From positions 7,614,184 through 7,678,183 of the forward strand of contig OZ316895.1 in assembly GCA_973895155.1 (NCBI GenBank): 64,000 nucleotides of DNA. The letters run 5' to 3'. The notes beneath the pieces are model-generated. The model made no database searches and was not told where the DNA came from. It saw only the letters and a program-made list of their open reading frames with translations. The stretch comes from Marsupella aquatica (lineage: Eukaryota > Plantae > Marchantiophyta). This document shows, piece after piece, positions 63,363-64,000 of this stretch (position 1 is the stretch's first letter; each line of letters starts with the position of its first letter). Both the position numbers and the translations under genes were made by a program.

Positions 63363-64000
63363 TAGGTTCTTGGCAAAAATTGACTAGACAAGGCTGATGT
63401 CACAGAGGGTGCAATGCACATGGAGGCGACTGTGCACTCTTATCAATAAATGCACATTCCACGTTTGTGCACTTATGACATAGTGCAAACTTAACACAGG
63501 CCGCGTCGTCCAGTTCTTCGTCCTTCCTTTCCGTAAGCCTTCCGTCCTTCTCCCCCTTTTCGTTTAACTCTATTTCCTTTTCTGTTGTCGCCTAGCACTC
63601 CTTCTTTGGTGTTGAGTTTTGTCGTTTAGGGCTGCTGGTCTGTTCGGGTTTGTCGCTTTGGCGCTGGCCATTCCTGTTCCTCCGTACCCCTCTGAGCGAT
63701 ATCCTCTTTTTCCACTTTCGTGTGTCCGTACTTCTCGATGTCTTTCCTCTTTCAATTCGTGTCTTTCCCTGTCGTTGAATTTTAGAGGGATATGCTCAAT
63801 AGACCCCCTCCAGGAGAAACTTTACTTGATCAGCCCCCTCCAAACTTTTTTGCCCCAATCAGCCCCCTCATTATGGCCCGTACCCTTTTCCCCCGTGTAA
63901 GGCCCTTTTCCCCGTGTAAGGCCATACTGCACAGTTTTCAGCCTTATTCTATGACTTTTCACAGTCCCCATCCAACAACGCAGTAATCAGGCAAAAATCA

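Overview
Intron-rich land-plant nuclear DNA. The gene content and transposon types suggest a non-seed plant such as a bryophyte, but this is inference. Six genes look intact: two paralogous 5-exon GDSL esterases/lipases (+; 11662-14571 and 42171-45814), a 6-exon thylakoid-lumen FKBP20-2 immunophilin (-), an intronless GLOD5-type VOC/glyoxalase gene (+), a 5-exon uncharacterised membrane protein gene (-) and a 32-exon exportin-1 (-). Between them lie a decayed Ty3/gypsy RT-RNaseH, a decayed pogo-like transposase, a solo LTR with target-site duplication, MITEs, a probable Helitron end, a tRNA-like SINE head, a 66-bp plastid 16S rRNA insertion, many short tandem duplications and at least one decayed ORF of unknown origin. 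All gene models were spliced by eye and no database searches were run. No clearly new multi-gene system is evident. The best leads are the VOC gene and the 28.3-30.8 kb relic ORF.
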